From assembly GCA_036172245.1 (NCBI GenBank), contig JAYWIR010000027.1, forward strand, positions 186,001 to 250,000: a stretch of DNA of 64,000 bases, in the 5' to 3' direction. The notes under the pieces are model-generated. The model had not been told where the DNA came from. It saw only the letters and a list, made by a program, of their open reading frames with translations, and searched no databases. This stretch comes from Raillietiella orientalis (Eukaryota). Positions 1-13,851 of the stretch are shown in pieces; within the stretch, counting starts at the first letter, position 1; every line of letters begins with the position of its first letter. The translations under genes and the position numbers were made by a program.

Positions 1-787
1 GGATTAAGACTCTTCCACCCTCCCTCCCTCCCTCCAAATTTGGATTCGTCCGTTCGTGTATGCGCCCACCTTCCTTCGCGGGCTTGCAACTGGAGATCGG
101 CTGCGATTGTTCGCAGTCGAGCGGAGACCCTGCAGAAGCACCCTCACACGGATAAGTGGGGGGGAGAGGGCGACTCCTCCCTCCCCACATCCGCCGGTGA
201 GAGTGCCGCACTCTTCTCGTTCCCGCGGGAACTTCAGGGAGACCGACCGCACTTCCTCAACGGGAGCCGGGGCTCCAGAGTGCGCGCGTCCAAGCCCCCG
301 AGTGCGTGTCGAGCCTTCGTCCCGTCGGGCGGGGCGGCAAGCGGAGGAGAGGGTGCGTGGGCGGGTGAGAGAGAGAGGCGGAGACCGCCCTGGGAACAAG
401 CCGCCCCGGCATGGCGAGGCGCCTGAGGGCTCCGTCCGCCGTCTACCCGGCGGGAGGAAGCGGATGTTTGCTGCGGCAGGGACGGGGCAGCCGCCCGCGA
501 CGGCGGGCGGACGTGCCCGCGGTCGTCGTCTCGGGCCGCCGCCTCGCGTCCCGTTCGGGAAGGCGGGACCGAGCGCGCGAGAGTTCTCCCGCCATTCCCC
601 GAGGAAGTTGCCACCCGGGAGGACGTTCCCACGGACTTCCCGGGAAGGAGGAGGGCAGGGGAGAGGAGGCCACCGCGCGGACCGGGCCAGGGGGAAGAAA
701 CGGTTGCTCGCGTTCCCGGATCTTCCCAGTCCCTTGGCAACCATTTCCGGGGATGCGGCGGAAGCACCACGTGGAACGCCCTTGCAG

Positions 788-893
788 GGAAGATTCCCCT
801 GGTGGTGGTGGACCTCCCTCATGAGCGGGAGCAGCTCTACTTCTACGGCCTGCATGTCCAGCAGCCGGCGGCGGTCTTCTCCTCACCCCGCGG
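788..893 (+). CDS. Possible internal coding exon of unknown gene or long Shroom isoform (GKIPLVVVDLPHEREQLYFYGLHVQQPAAVFSSPRG)
   Basis: Acceptor cccttgcag, donor GG|gtgcgg; protein-like composition contrasting with the flanks; phase 1 to 2; compatible with a possible exon 117-196 (G|gtgaga, phase 1). Confidence 0.4.
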
Positions 894-3800
894 GTGCGGA
901 AGGCCACCTCCCGTTTCCGCCCCCATCTTTCTGGTTGTGCCCCACCACACCTCTCACTTCCGCCTGCCCACCCTCCGAGGAGACCCTAGGCACCCGTCTC
1001 CCGGGCGTTGCCGTGCAGCCGCCTCCTCCTCTTCCGCCTCGTCCCCCTTCTCGCTTCCGCGTGCTAGACGGCCGCGGAGGATGGGGGGTCACGAAGGACC
1101 CACTCGTTGCTTGATCCCCCACGCAGCCCTACGGACGCTGTCCTTCCCTTTTCTCACGCGCGCCGAGCCCAGAACCGCACCGTTCCCTCGGCGCCTTCCT
1201 GGGAGCGGAGGAGGGCTCCTCCTTGACCTTTTCGGAGGCGGGAACGGGCAGAGGGAACCCCAGGCACTCCCCACGCGCGTCCGGAAAGAAGCCGCTCCCC
1301 TACGGCGGGGGGACCAGAGAGTGGTGTGGGGGGGGGGGGCAGAAGCGCGTGGAGAGCGCCTCTTCTCCCGCCGCGATCCCCTGACTTCCTCTTCGAGGCA
1401 CCCGCACGGAGGGCGCCCGATACGTTCGGGGATCCCCTACGAGTCCGACGCTCCCCGCGTAGCCAGGAGGCGGCAGAGGGCGGCCTCCCGGATCGCAGAC
1501 CCTCCTCCACTTGGTCGGTTCAGAGGGACCTCAGCTCGAGGGCGTGGCAGGAGCGACGCAGCCTCCCCTCACCCACCCACGGAGGGAAGGGTACGGTGCC
1601 CTTGAGCGTTCGGGGGGAAGCGACTGCCCGGCGCTGCTCGCGGGAAGAGGCGGGTATCTGACCCGGCTCCCATGGGGGAATGGGGGGCGGTGCCACCCGT
1701 GATCCCGGTCCAGGGGCTCAGGTGCTGGAGGGGGTCTGCTGAGCAGCCGGGCAACTGTGGCGAGGAGGTGTGCCAAATGACTTCCCTTCTCTCCCTCCAC
1801 CCCACCCTCGCGCAACCTCGGGACGGTTGCCCCTCCTTCCGGAAAGCGGGGGCAAGGAAGATGGACGCCGGACGAGCCCACCCCTCCGCCGCCAGGTGGA
1901 CGCGGCAGAGGGGTCGCCTCCTTTCCCCTTCTCCCCACTTTGGTGCTCTCATCGTGCGCGGTTGACGCTTCAGCCACCTCCTGCGCACGCGCGTTGTCGC
2001 CCGTGCGGCGGCGGCGGGAGCACAGCGGCGGACTGGTCGGGGCTCCGCCTCCATTGACGGTCCTTTTTCTTCGGGACGCGGCGGGAACCGCTATTCCAAG
2101 AGAAGAACCGGAAAGGAACGCTCGCTCTCTGCTCCAGGGAGCCGGATCGACTCCCCCAAGAGCGCAGCTTTTCCGCAAGAGAGTGCCCGCCGGGCCTCTT
2201 TCCCCCTTCCGGTTCACGTTCCCATGGTGAAAACGCAGGCGACCACTACCCTCCGCCAGCTCAGGAGAACCGGGCTGAAGAGGCAGAGAAGGAGAGAGGG
2301 GAGGGAAGGGAAGGGAGAAAAGATCGGATATTCCTGGCAACCCCACTCCGCCCTCGCGGCCGGAAAAGCACAGTCTGCCACATGCTCGGTCTCGGAAAGG
2401 CCCGGGGGAAGAGGACCACGACGTGCGAGAGTCCCTCGAAGAGGGTTGTGGAGGGGGGGGGGGGACAGAGGAAGAGCAGGAAACCCGCGAGTGTGTGGCC
2501 GGTTTCTTGTCGAAGGGCGGTCGCCGAAGAGGGCGCACGCGCGCGTATCCCTGGCGACGCACCTCCCGCCCACCCTTCTTCGCCGAGTGGCCGCCGACGC
2601 TGCAGGGAACAACGCCACCGAAGAAGGGGCTTATGGAGAGGGGTCGACCACGGGATGCTGGAAAGGGACCCAAATGACCGCCTCCCCGGGGCTCTCGAGT
2701 CACGAAGCCGAGGTCGCGAGGGATGCGCCAGAGGGCTCCGTCCCTCTCCCTCCCTGGGTGCTAGGCGATCTCCAAGGCCGGAATCCAGGACGTACCGTCC
2801 GCCGGGTTTCCGCTTCCCGGTCGGTTCCTTGGTCAGTTTCCCGGAAAGCCGCCCAGACTGCCGGCTTGGCTGCACTTGACATGCGCCTGTCTCTGACTCG
2901 GTCCCCTGGGTCACCATGGAAACCGCCCGTGTTCCCCCCCCCGCATTTGCATCCAGGTCGACCTGCTCCTCAGGGCGAATGTCAGAACCGGTGATGCGAG
3001 GGGCGCGCAACTCGCGGGAGTCCCGGAGCGATTCGAGGTCACGTCGCTTTGATGTCGCACCCTGTCTCCGCAGCCTCCCTCCGATCCCGAAGATTTGCGT
3101 CGCTTCGGTTCGCGTCCGGATGCCCTCGTCGCGTAGCAACGGCCCCGGAATGTCCGTGGCTGCTAATCCGCTTTGTCTCGGGAGAACTGCCTCCGGGCTC
3201 GTGGTTGGTTCGGCTTCGGCCGTTCTTCCGGATCAGCGCACGGCCCCTCGGCTCGTCCACTCCGCCGCCCTCGGGACTGCGTAGACGAGGAGGCCACGGT
3301 CGAGGGAGCTGACAGGGTCGAGGGGCGCCTGCCCCAACGAGTGGCGCCTCGGCCTGCTACCGCTCAGTGCGGTGGGGGGTGAGGTCAAGTGGATAGACGA
3401 GTTCCTATGGTGACCCGTATTCCCTTTCTCCTTTTTGTCCGGCGGATAAGCCCCTGCCTGCCGGAGTCTCCCCCGACTACCGCGGGAAGCGCGAGGAACC
3501 GACCTTCGCTCTCTCTTCGTGCACAGCGGAGGACACAAGCAGCAGAGAGACTTCCGAGACGCTCTCTGGGAAGAAAAGCCACGGACTGGTACTGCTTCTC
3601 CTGGATCATCCGGGACGGCGTCGTCGTCCGGAAGCTCAGCTTCAGGGCTCTGGTACGCTCCGAGAAGCATCCACGAACGGCACGCCCCCTCCACTCTTGA
3701 GTGCTGGTCTCAGGGAAGGTGCCTCGAAGCGTCACCCCCCCTCCACCTTAGGTTCCTCACTGAGAAAAGCCAGCCTCCCTCCGGGCTTTCCGCTGTCGCG

Positions 3801-6800
3801 AGGCGACTGCAGTGCAGCGTCGGAGCGTGCGGCGGCAGGCGTAAGGAATAGGGAGGGCAGAGCCCACCACCTCCAGCTAGCTGCTGCTCCTCCGAACTGG
3901 CTCCTTCTCCCGACTCCCCGGCCTCCGCGAGACGCCCCGGGTCTACCGCTCCTCGGACCATCCGCTCCCGGAGCAGATCCCGCGCGTAGCCCGGAGCTGC
4001 CTCCGGAGGATAACAGTGCCTCTCGGCAGCGGCGGCGACGAACAGGGGCCGGTCGAGAGAAGTGTCGCCGAAGACTGGGGGAAGAAATCGGAGGGGGCGG
4101 GAGGAGATTCGGTCCCCACAGAAACAAGGTGCTGTCCCTTCCGTCTACTCCGAGGTGACCGAGAGGTCTGTGACCGCGTGGCGGCGACGCCCTGGCTCGG
4201 CTCGGTGCATCCGGAGTGTGCCAGGATCCAGGCGCTTCCGCGACTGCGACGGGGAGGCACCGGTGGCGTCACGGACAGCTCTGATATCTCCCCCACCTCC
4301 TCTCCTCCCTTTCGTATTCACCCCTGTTCCTGGAACTGCGCGACCTGCGCAGCCGCCAATGCTCGGTATCCCTTCCTCTTCCATGCAGCGCGACTCGCCG
4401 TCTCCGAGCAAAGGCGGGTGCGTCGCTCAGAGTGCCGCCCGCCATCTTTCGACCCGGAGGCTCGCGAAATAGAAGGTTCCGCTTCCCGGGTGCAGGCGGA
4501 GGCAGCTGGGCGGGGCAGCCGAACTCGCTGTCGCCTCAGCTGGAGCGCTTGACTCGGTCCACGCCGCTGCCCCGTCTCCGGGGAGACGAGAGACTTCGCT
4601 CTGCCCGGAAAGACAGTCGTTTTCCGAGGGCCACTGCGGTTGTATGTGTGTGTGCGTGGGGGGGGGGGGGAGGATATCCCGTTCCGGGCACTCGGGAGGG
4701 GAGGATGGGGAGACTCCCTCAAGCAGCGGAGCGGTGGGACGGAGTGCGACCTTGGCGGCTCCGCCTCGTTTCCCATAGCAGTGACTGTGGGATGGCTGCC
4801 GCAAGCGTCCTCCTCCGCGTTCCTCCCTTCCCGACGGGTCTTAGGCTCCCTGCGGCAGGCAGCTCGGCAGCGCGGATCCTCTTCCCGTCGCCGCTCGACT
4901 GCCCCAAAGCTCTCCCGGAGGATTCGATCTGGACGAGGCGAGCGAGAGTTCCTTCCCCTCTCGTTCTTCGGGTTGGTGGTTCCCGCCGCATCCCGAAGGC
5001 TGACGAAGCCGGCCAGGAAGGGCAAGGTGCCTTCCGGCGGCTCCGAGACTGGGAAGGAGACTCCCTGCCCAGTGTTGCCGCGCGCCGTTGCTCGGAGGCG
5101 GCAAGACGGCTCGGCCCGCGCTTCTCCCTCGCCTCGTGGCCCCTCGCAGCGATCCCGGAAGTCGATGACCCTTCCTTACTCCCCCTCTTTCCTGCCCTTT
5201 TCGCTCCCGAGGACCCGGTCGGAGGGAGGGTTGATTCCGTTGAGGGAAACGTCCAAGGGATCGTCCTTCGACGTCAACGCTCTCGCGAGGGGTCCCTCTC
5301 CCTCCTCCCCCTCCAGAGGGCAAGCCGTTCCCCCGGGTTGCTGCCGCCCTCCCTCTGCTGAGGAGATCGCGGGTCGCCGCGGCGCAAGGGAAAACGCAAC
5401 CGCAGGTCGCACTCCGACCCTTCTGCAGGGGCGCCTCCCGAGGGATCTAACCGCCACCTCGGGCAGGAGGGAGCGTCCTTCTGGAGACGGCAGCAGCCCG
5501 AAGTGCACGTAGGGTCCCCTCGCTCAGGAGAGGAGCTCGCGTTCTTCCTTTCCTGCGCGGCAAACCCGTCCACCAACCCAGAGGGGGGTCTTCTCTCCCC
5601 CTCCCCTTTCCCCGGTCGGACGAGTGCATCGGACCAACGGCTGTCCCCAGGAAGGAATTGGTTGCCCCAGGCGAAAGATGCCGGGAGCCGCCCGTCTGCT
5701 TCCTCCCCCTCTCGCGGTCGGAGGAGGCGACCCTCCCGGCTGCCTCAACCAACCAAACGAAGCCAAGGAGAAGAAAAAATTCCGGAGGAGAGGGGTCGAC
5801 TCCTCTGCACGACTGGCCCTCAGATTCCGCGGGAAGATTCCAGGACTGAGGAAACCGGGAGCGCCTCCTCCCTCCACGTCCCGGCAAGGAGCATCCCGGT
5901 TTCTCGCTTCCCGGGATGGTGACCCGGGGCTTCCTCCTCGACCCTGCTGCCCGAGTCAAGGACGACGCCGACGCCGTCATGCGCACCAGCTCCTTCCGGG
6001 AACGGAGCTGCAGGATTGGAGGGTTCCGACTGCCCCCCGACACCCTTCCGCGGGTGATCCCACGAGTGATCCCGCGCCTGTGCGAAGGGGGCGTAGGTGG
6101 GGGGAGAGACTCTGACGCTTCGGAGGGCGCGGCCCGCTCTCTCTCCCGCGCGCGCGCCCTTTAACGTGCTGAGGTGCCACGAGCGGAGGCGACGGCCCCT
6201 CCTCCCCACGACGGCTCGCTCGCGAGGCCGTCGCCGCGACCTCAAAGAGTCCGCGGTTCGGAAATAGCAGTTGACCTCTGCCGAGCAGGTCACCGGCGAG
6301 CAGCACACCCTGCCTCGGCGGCTCCACGCCCTTCTCCGTCGCCTCACCGGCCACCTTCCTTGACCTCCCTGCGCCTTCTCCCGCATCTTCTCCTCCCTCC
6401 TAACTTTCAGATGGAGCAAAGGGCAACGGAAGATGCGAGGAAATGGCGCGAGTCGGGGTGCCCCTCCCCTATTCCCCTTCCACGTGAACGACTTCTGCGG
6501 TAGGGGGCCCGTCTTCTGGAGTCTTCCCTGTAGGCCGAGCTCGAGCGCGCTTCCCAGGCGCGCTGTGTGGAGCTCGCCGGAGGATACGCAGACCGACGGC
6601 GAACTCTCCGCGGCTCTCTTGCCCCCAGGCAACCAGGGGAAAACCGGAACGGGGAGGCTGGTTGCAGGCCTCTTCCCTCCGGACAAGCTCGCGCCGCCGC
6701 CTCCTCGGAGGTGGCGTGCCTCGCGGGGAGAAGCCGCGGAAGACGAACCCCGAAAGGCTTCCTTCTCCGAAGAGATCCTCCCGCAGCGCCGGGTCTTCGG

Positions 6801-7610
6801 CTGGCGACAGCGGGAGCCGCCGAGGAACGTGGTTGCCAGGACGACCCCGGCCGCGGGGAGCGGGAGAAGCGCGCACGACCGGCTTCCTCGGGCGTCCAGT
6901 GACCCGCTCTCGCAGACCCCGCTCCCTTCCCGACGCGTCCCGGGGAGCGCGAGAGGAGGTCGGCTCGGTTAGCACGCGGCCGCCGTCTCCAGAGCGGAGC
7001 GGAGCGCGCGCGTGCGCACCGGCACGACGCGCATCCTCGAGCACCCCGCCGCCGTCTCCCAGACGGACGTCGCCTCCGCCGCCGCTGCCGCCGTCGCCGC
7101 CCCCGGGATGTTTGCACATCTCACTCTCCCGGCAGGCGTCCGTAGGTCTTCGCGCCCAGAAGCGGGCCGAGCTGTGGGGGGTCAACATCCACGCAAAGGA
7201 CGGAGAAGGGGGTGGTGGAGGAGCGAAGAGGAATATGACCATCGCGCGCGCACCCTGGGCGTGATGGCGAGATGGGAGGACCTCCCCTTCCCCTAACTCT
7301 GGCACGAGGGAGCTCATGCCAGAGTGCCCCCCGAGGCTCTCTCCTCGCCCACACGCCGCCCCACCCCCTCGTGCCGGGGTAGTTGCCGCGTCTTTCTTTC
7401 GCTCCGCGGTCGGGGGTGGGACTCTGCTCGCGCTTCTCCCTCTTCCGTCCCCCTTCCCTTCATCCTCGGAAGATCGACTCGGGACGAGCGGAGCTCCGAA
7501 GCGCGCGCGGAAATCCGCCTGGATTTCCGGGCGCGCGCGCTCCGGCAGAAAAAAAAAAAACTGCTGGGGCCGGCGGGTGGCAGCAGGCAGGTCGGGAGGG
7601 AAAGCGCTCC

Positions 7611-7668
7611 CCGCATTGTTGCGTGACGGAGGACCCGTTCGCCCTCCCTCCGTCACGCAACAATGCGG
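7611..7668. repeat. Perfect 22-bp hairpin with 14-nt loop
   Basis: ccgcattgttgcgtgacggagg (7611-7632) / cctccgtcacgcaacaatgcgg (7647-7668). Confidence 0.95.
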
Positions 7669-7708
7669 CGCTTCCTCAGTCACGGACGGGAAGCGGCGGA
7701 GCGCAACA

Positions 7709-7740
7709 ATGCGCGCGGCGATGACGAGTCGGCAGCGCAG
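7709..7740 (+). CDS. Candidate alternative first coding exon (MRAAMTSRQRR)
   Basis: aacaATG to strong donor CAG|gtgaga, 32 nt = phase 2. Confidence 0.25.
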
Positions 7741-10700
7741 GTGAGACGGCGCGACGTGAAATCCCGGGAAGCTTCGCGCGTCCGCGTCCCCGCAGGGGTG
7801 GAGCATGGCGCGCGTGCGTTTGCTCTCGCGGGAGGAGGAGGGGTCAGCCAGCTGGCCTCCCGCTCCGCGCTCCCCCGCCTCCTCCCCGACGCTCCTGCAG
7901 ACCGATCGAGCAGCGCGCTCCAAGGTGCACGCGCCGCCGTTTCGAGTTTGCCGTACCGGCGCGATGCGGGGCGCGCGCGTGCAAGCGGCGAGCGGTTCGC
8001 TCGGGCGGGTGGGAAGAGGGGGGATCGGCAACGCACTCGCGCGCTTCAGAACGGCAGCGGCGCGCGCGGTCCCTCGCGTCCCTGCAGTGCCTCTGCCTTA
8101 GCTGCCAGCGAGCTGCAGGAAGTGAAGAGGCCCGAGCCCTCCCGCTCCCTGGACCCCCACGCCATCGACTCTCTGAGCGACGGACAGCCGCCTCACTGCC
8201 GCCCGTCCGCCTTAGCAGCCCAGCCAGGGAGTCCCTGCGCGACCTAGGAGCTTCGTCGTCCCCCAGGGTGGAGCTGTCGCGTGAGAGGTCGAACCAGGGA
8301 CGAAGTGGCGGAGGGCCGGCCAGGATGAAGCCGGTGATCCAGAAGGATGGATCCTGGCTTCCGGAATAGCGGTGGCGCTCCTGATGGGCGCTCGTGGCAA
8401 GAGCGAGGGCCGCTCCTGGCTACCGAGTGCGCCCCCTCCCTTCCGTAGGGTGTGTGTCGGCGCGGCGCGACCCCGAGCGACGGGCCGCAACGGTCGCTCC
8501 GGCGAGGCGAGAGGAAGTCGAGAGAGCGCGCCACCCCCGTGAGGACCCCTACTCTCGAGAACGGGGACGCCTGCGTTCCCCAAGGAGGGGGGCTCACATC
8601 TCGGGAAAAAGGGGAAACACCGCACGCCGCCTCCGTACACCCGCCGCTCACGTGTGAGGTCGCTGGCGCGCGTGCGTTCCCTCCCAAGTCCGATCCCGGC
8701 GGCAGATGGCCTCTTGGTAGCTGGGATCTCGGATGTCCACTCAACGAAAAATTGCTCCTGCTTTTCCATTCGGGATTCTTCCCTCGGGGTGCCATCGCGC
8801 GGTCTTTCCTCGGGACTCCATCCGGGGCGGAAGCGATCCGGGTCGCCGGGAAGGGGGATCTCGTCGGCGGGAAGAGGAGGAGACAGGGGTGACCTTAGCC
8901 GGATGAGGCTGCCGCCGCACGGCTCCGGGAGAAAGCATCGGGGTCACGCTCATCCCGGAGACAGGCGCGCGCTTCCGGGTCACGGCGATCCGGGACGGAG
9001 GGGGAAGTCCACGGACGGACTCGCGCGTCCGTCCCTTCCACGCGCGAGGTCACACGAGGACGCGCTCCCGACGCATCATCACGTGGTCTTCGGAAGAAGT
9101 CGGGAGCGGCAGGATGCTCTCCGGTAGCCCCTCGGGCAAGGAGTACAACTCCAGCGAATCGCTGAGACCCGACGAGGCAACCGGGCAACGGTCGCGCTCC
9201 CGGAAAGCAACGCCGCGGGAGCGCCGGGAAGACGGGGGAAGCAGGAGGTCCCTCGACGAGCCCCCCCTGACGGCATGGAGGGCAGTCTCCAGTCTCCTCC
9301 TGGAGACCCGGGAAAACTCAGGAAACCTCTGCGAGGAGAGGCCGCGGACTCTCCAGCCCGGCACTCTTGAAAGGGTAATCTGCTGGTCCATCCGCCGGGA
9401 GGAGGGTGCGCGTGAGAGACTGATGGGTGCTCCGGCCGACCACGACGCAGGAAGGGAGGAGGGGTCTCTTCCGGCGAACAGCCTCGCCGGATCCTCGGAT
9501 TTCCGGAAGGCCCGCGGCGACGTAGCCAGCCCGCTCACCGGCTCCCGTCGACGGGAGAAGGCTCGCGACCCAGTGCTTCTTGCTGAGAAGGGCGAGCGGC
9601 GCGGGGAGAATCGCGCCGCCCGAGGGCGACCTCTGCGAGCCAGGATGGAGGGGAGGCGCCCTTTTCTCAGCACCCAAGCGGCCCAGCCGGTACCAGCTGA
9701 CAGAGAGGGCCGCACCTTCCTGTGGACGCTAGGCTTGCCGGAGCAGGGCCGACTTCGCGCCCGGGCAGAGCGCCGTGGTGCAGGACGTTTTGGCATCGCG
9801 GGCGGTCCCATACGCGGCAGGCTGCTCCCCGGGAAGGGATTCCTCCCCTTCCGCATGCCCGGAACCCAAGGACGGCGATGCCACCTCCTGCTCTCCTCCT
9901 TCCAGCCCCTGCCCCTTCCTGAGCCGACGCGGCGGGCTGCTGCTTCCAGGCAGCGCGCGCGAACGCCTTACCTCCTCTCTTCTGGCTCTTCGAGCGTGCC
10001 GGCAGTCGGCGGAGGAAGGAGGGGAGGGCGCCGCGTAGAGATCTGGATCGGCCCTCCTGCCCCTTCTTCCGAGACCCCAAGGTCATCTCCAAAGGAACCC
10101 TCAACCTGTTCTCGCGAGGTGCCTCGAAGACGAAGGGCTCTGTTCAGTGGCGACAGCAGCGCTGGCTGCGACCCGTGGAAGCGAACGCGCCTCCCTCGTC
10201 CTCCTTCCTCTTTCTCTCTCCCCTCTCCTCCTGCTCGACCGCCCCTTTGCTCATCCCCTAAGCTCGGGGTTCCCGCTGCTCTCCCGGAAGGGAGGCCGCC
10301 TCCAGCTCCTGGCACGGAGCTGCCCAGTCCGGGATCCCGGCCCAGGGATGGTGCAAAGGGGTGGAGAGGGATGAGGAACGCCGGTTCCCGTGCTAGCTGC
10401 AGTCCCACCTCGCGAGGGTCCGGAGGGGCCTGCCGAGACGATCTCCTCTGCTGCCTGGGACTGCCTGCTCGCGAGGCTTCGAGGCCGAGCCGGTCGGTAG
10501 GTCGCGGAGGAAAGTGGCGGCGGAGAGAAGCTGCTGGGTGCATCCGCCAAGGATCCTCCTTCCCCCTTCTTTCCCCAGGGGCTCCTAGGTGCGGGAACGA
10601 GTCGCTCAGGGGTCCACGACGGGTGGGCGGTGCCGGCCTTCCTCCAAGGCCCCCCCTCCCGCCCACGGGTTCTAGAGGTCGGGGCAGATGTCTCTCCCCC

Positions 10701-13700
10701 TGCGCTCCGGGGCACGCCCGAAGGCCAGTGGGAAGCCGGTAGGAAGCTGCCAGGAGGGAGGGAGGGAGCGTCTCCGGTATACCCTCCTCTGCTGGCGCGC
10801 GCTGGCGCCTCTTCTCGGCCTCAGGGAGCGCGCGCGCCGCCCGGCTTCCGAAATTTCCCGGAAAGCCGAGCTGCAGGGAAATTCCTCGGGTTCCAGCCGT
10901 GATCCCTCGTCACCATCAATCAGGTTCGCCCGGCGAGGGACAATGCAGTGCAACGGGACAGCCCCCATCGTCTCTCCCCAGCAGTCCCTCTCGCCTCCGC
11001 GCACCCCACGCACCTCTGCGGAGCCTCGGCGGCTTTCAACGGGCCCCTCCGCGGGCGCTCTCCGCAGAGGAGGCGAAGCGCCCACCTGCGACTTGGCGCA
11101 GAGAGAAGCCCGCGTCTCCATGCGCGCGCGAGCCAGGCAGGTCTCTTCGCGTGACATACTGGAGGAATAGGGAGGGGGGGGGATGTGGGATGCCTGCAGA
11201 CAGGCAGCAGCCAGGAACGCTCGCGGGAATACGCGCCGGGAAAGGGTGCGCGACGCGAGAGGAAGGAAGCAGAGAGGGGAAAATCCGGTCTTCAGCTGGG
11301 AACTTTCCCTTTCGTTCGCCACGATCAATGCGGGGGGAAGGAGGGGGGGATCGAGGCGATCCGCGGGGTCCGCGTCTTTTTCCCGTTCGCTCTTTTGCCA
11401 AGGAATCTGGAGCTCTGTCAAGCCCAGGTGCTCGCGCTTTTCCAGCATTTCCATGAAGGCACGAAATGGGAACGTTCGGCTGGATGACGCCATCCCACCG
11501 AGTCGGCGCACCACCGTTAACCCTGCAGAAATCGAAAAAATGGTCCGCGCGCTTTTTCTTTTTTTCCCTCCTTTCCCCCCCTCTCTCTTTCCTCCTCCTC
11601 TTCCCGCGCGCTCGTGTTCCTCCCACTTTCCGTTTGGCTTCCGATGGTTCTCTTATTGATAAGTCATAAAACGGCCGCACTTCGGGAACGGATGCGGAGG
11701 GCATGATCACAAATGACGAACGTTTAGCACATTCCTGCTGATTTATGCCTTTCGTTTCTGCTTTATTTTATTTTATTTTATCTTTTTCTCTTCTTTTGCA
11801 ATCACCCGAGCAAGAAGAATTGCACATTTGGAGCAACCTGATTCGGGAGGTTCCTTTCAACTAGGAAAGACATCACCTCAGCAGCAGCACCTCCCGAGAA
11901 ATTCAAAAGCATTGCGCAAGGAGCGCCGGACGTGATGCAGAGCGCCAATGCTTGGCGGTTCTTGCTTAACATGCAAGACACTCACTCAGGTGTTCTTCTC
12001 TCCAGGCGCGGGCGGGCAAGGGAGAGGAACCCGAACACCCCCGGACACCACGGTCCGCAGCCTCACCGGGGGCGCGCAGAGACAAGAAAGGAAAAAAACA
12101 GGGAGAGAGAGAGAGAGAGGGAGAGGGGGGGAGGGGAGGGGGAAAGGGGGATGGACGAGAAAGGAAAACACAAAAAACGTGCTCCCGGCTGCTTCGGACA
12201 CGGCAGGAACACCGAATCGGGAGCAAAACAACGGCAGCACTTTGCGGCGAAGGCGCTCGCAGAGATGCGTCCGCGCGTCACGTGACCCGCGATGGCTACG
12301 CCGTCATTGTTGGCTTCTCCGAGGAAATAAAGCAAGCGAAAGGTTGCGCATCCATGGGGGGGCGGGGGGGGGGACGAAAACAAAACAAAAAGAAACGAGA
12401 GGGAGAGGAAAGAAGAAAAAAGAGGGAGTAGAATGCAAAAGGGGAAGGCAACGCCGCAGTGCAAGGAGTTTCCCGAAAAACACCGCGTTGCGTGTTCGTG
12501 CAGACGCGATCCTTTAGAGAGCCGGGCATTTCCCGCAGGTCGGATCGCTCCTTGAAAAGACGTTGGAGAGACGTGCGGGGAGAGATCCCCTTTCCCCCGT
12601 CCCTTCCCTTCCCTAAGAACCCGAAAAGATGGGAAGGAAAGAGACGTGAACGGCGGCACCGCGTTGCGTCCGTCGCTTCCTTCCCGCGGTCGGTGTCTCC
12701 TTCCTTCCGCTGCAGCTTTCGCTTTCCTAGTGGGAAGAAGAAAAACGAAGCAGGATGAACGAAGGGGAGGAAGGCAGCTCCTCCCCCCCTTCTCCCGCAG
12801 GTCAGCACTTCCGAGCTGGAGGAATAATATTAAAAGCAACACGCCGCCGCCTGCAAGCCAGGAGGGCGCAAGGCAAGAGAGAAGCAGCGGACGGGACGCG
12901 CGTCCGCAGCGCTGCCAAGCGGCCGCTGTCTCCCGTCGTTTACTCCGTCTGCCGCCGCAGGTCGCGGCTTTCCCCTCACGCGCGCTCGGGATCGCGTGGG
13001 GGTGTGCTCGTTCCATACCGGGACTGCGAAGGGGGACTTCGACGCTGGGAGGAAACCGCCACGCAAGCGACGCAGGCAGACAAAACCTGCTCTTTGCTTT
13101 CGTTCCCTCCGGTGCTGCAGAAAGCGGCACACGTCCTGAGCTTTTACGGTGACCGCCGTTCGGCCACGGGACGGGAGAGGGGTGCGCACAAAAGCAAAGC
13201 GTCCTTCTCCTCCCTCCCTGTCCCGCTGCTGGAGAGCCGGGCACCGCCCAAGCTGCTCCTCGCGTCCACGGTCGCGGCCGGAGGAGGTGAAGATGAGCGG
13301 CGGCGGCGGCGGCAGGTTGCTTCGGGAATCACGGCGGCGTCTCTCCCTCGCCTCCCGGCGGGATCGGGGGCGGGGGTTCGAGCCGTTGCTGCGACGGGCG
13401 CAATCACGGCGCGGCGGCGGCCGCCGCGCCTCGAAGGGGCGGAGGAGGCGCGAAGACCCCCAGGCGACGAGCGCGGCGCTCGCGGCTCGGCTGGCCTCGC
13501 TCCTCAGCGCGGCTCGTCGCCCCCGCGGCCCGCCGCACACCGGCGAGGAAGTCGAACGCGGCCTGACGTGACGTGAGCGCGCGCGCCCGCGCCCGGTCTC
13601 CTGCTGCCCGCCCGGCGCCCCGTCCTGTGCGTGTTGCTGCCGCCGCTGGGTGCGCGCCCGCTCGCCTCGGCCGCCCCTTCGCTGCCTGCGACCCGAGGCA

Positions 13701-13851
13701 AGCGCGCCAGCGTTCTCCTCCTCCTCTCCCCCCTGGCCTCCGTCCCCACTCGCGGCGCCTCCACTGGTGCCGGTCGGCAGCGCTCTCGTCGCCGTGGGTG
13801 GTGGCGGCAGCGGCGGCTTGCGACCACGAAGAGGAAGAAGAACGACGACCG

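Noticed and set aside
6411..6967. Exon candidate after a good acceptor (ctaactttcag)
   Set aside because: No convincing donor in a usable phase and no recognisable peptide; mentioned only as a possibility.
8088..8247. Possible terminal exon (ELQEVKRPEPSRSLDPHAIDSLSDG...)
   Set aside because: Weak acceptor, no homology recognised, no poly(A) signal nearby.
9114..9374. Coding-looking segment MLSGSPSGKEYNSSESLR... with donor gtaatc
   Set aside because: Ends in phase 0, so it cannot join 37901 directly, and I found no bridging exon; left unresolved.
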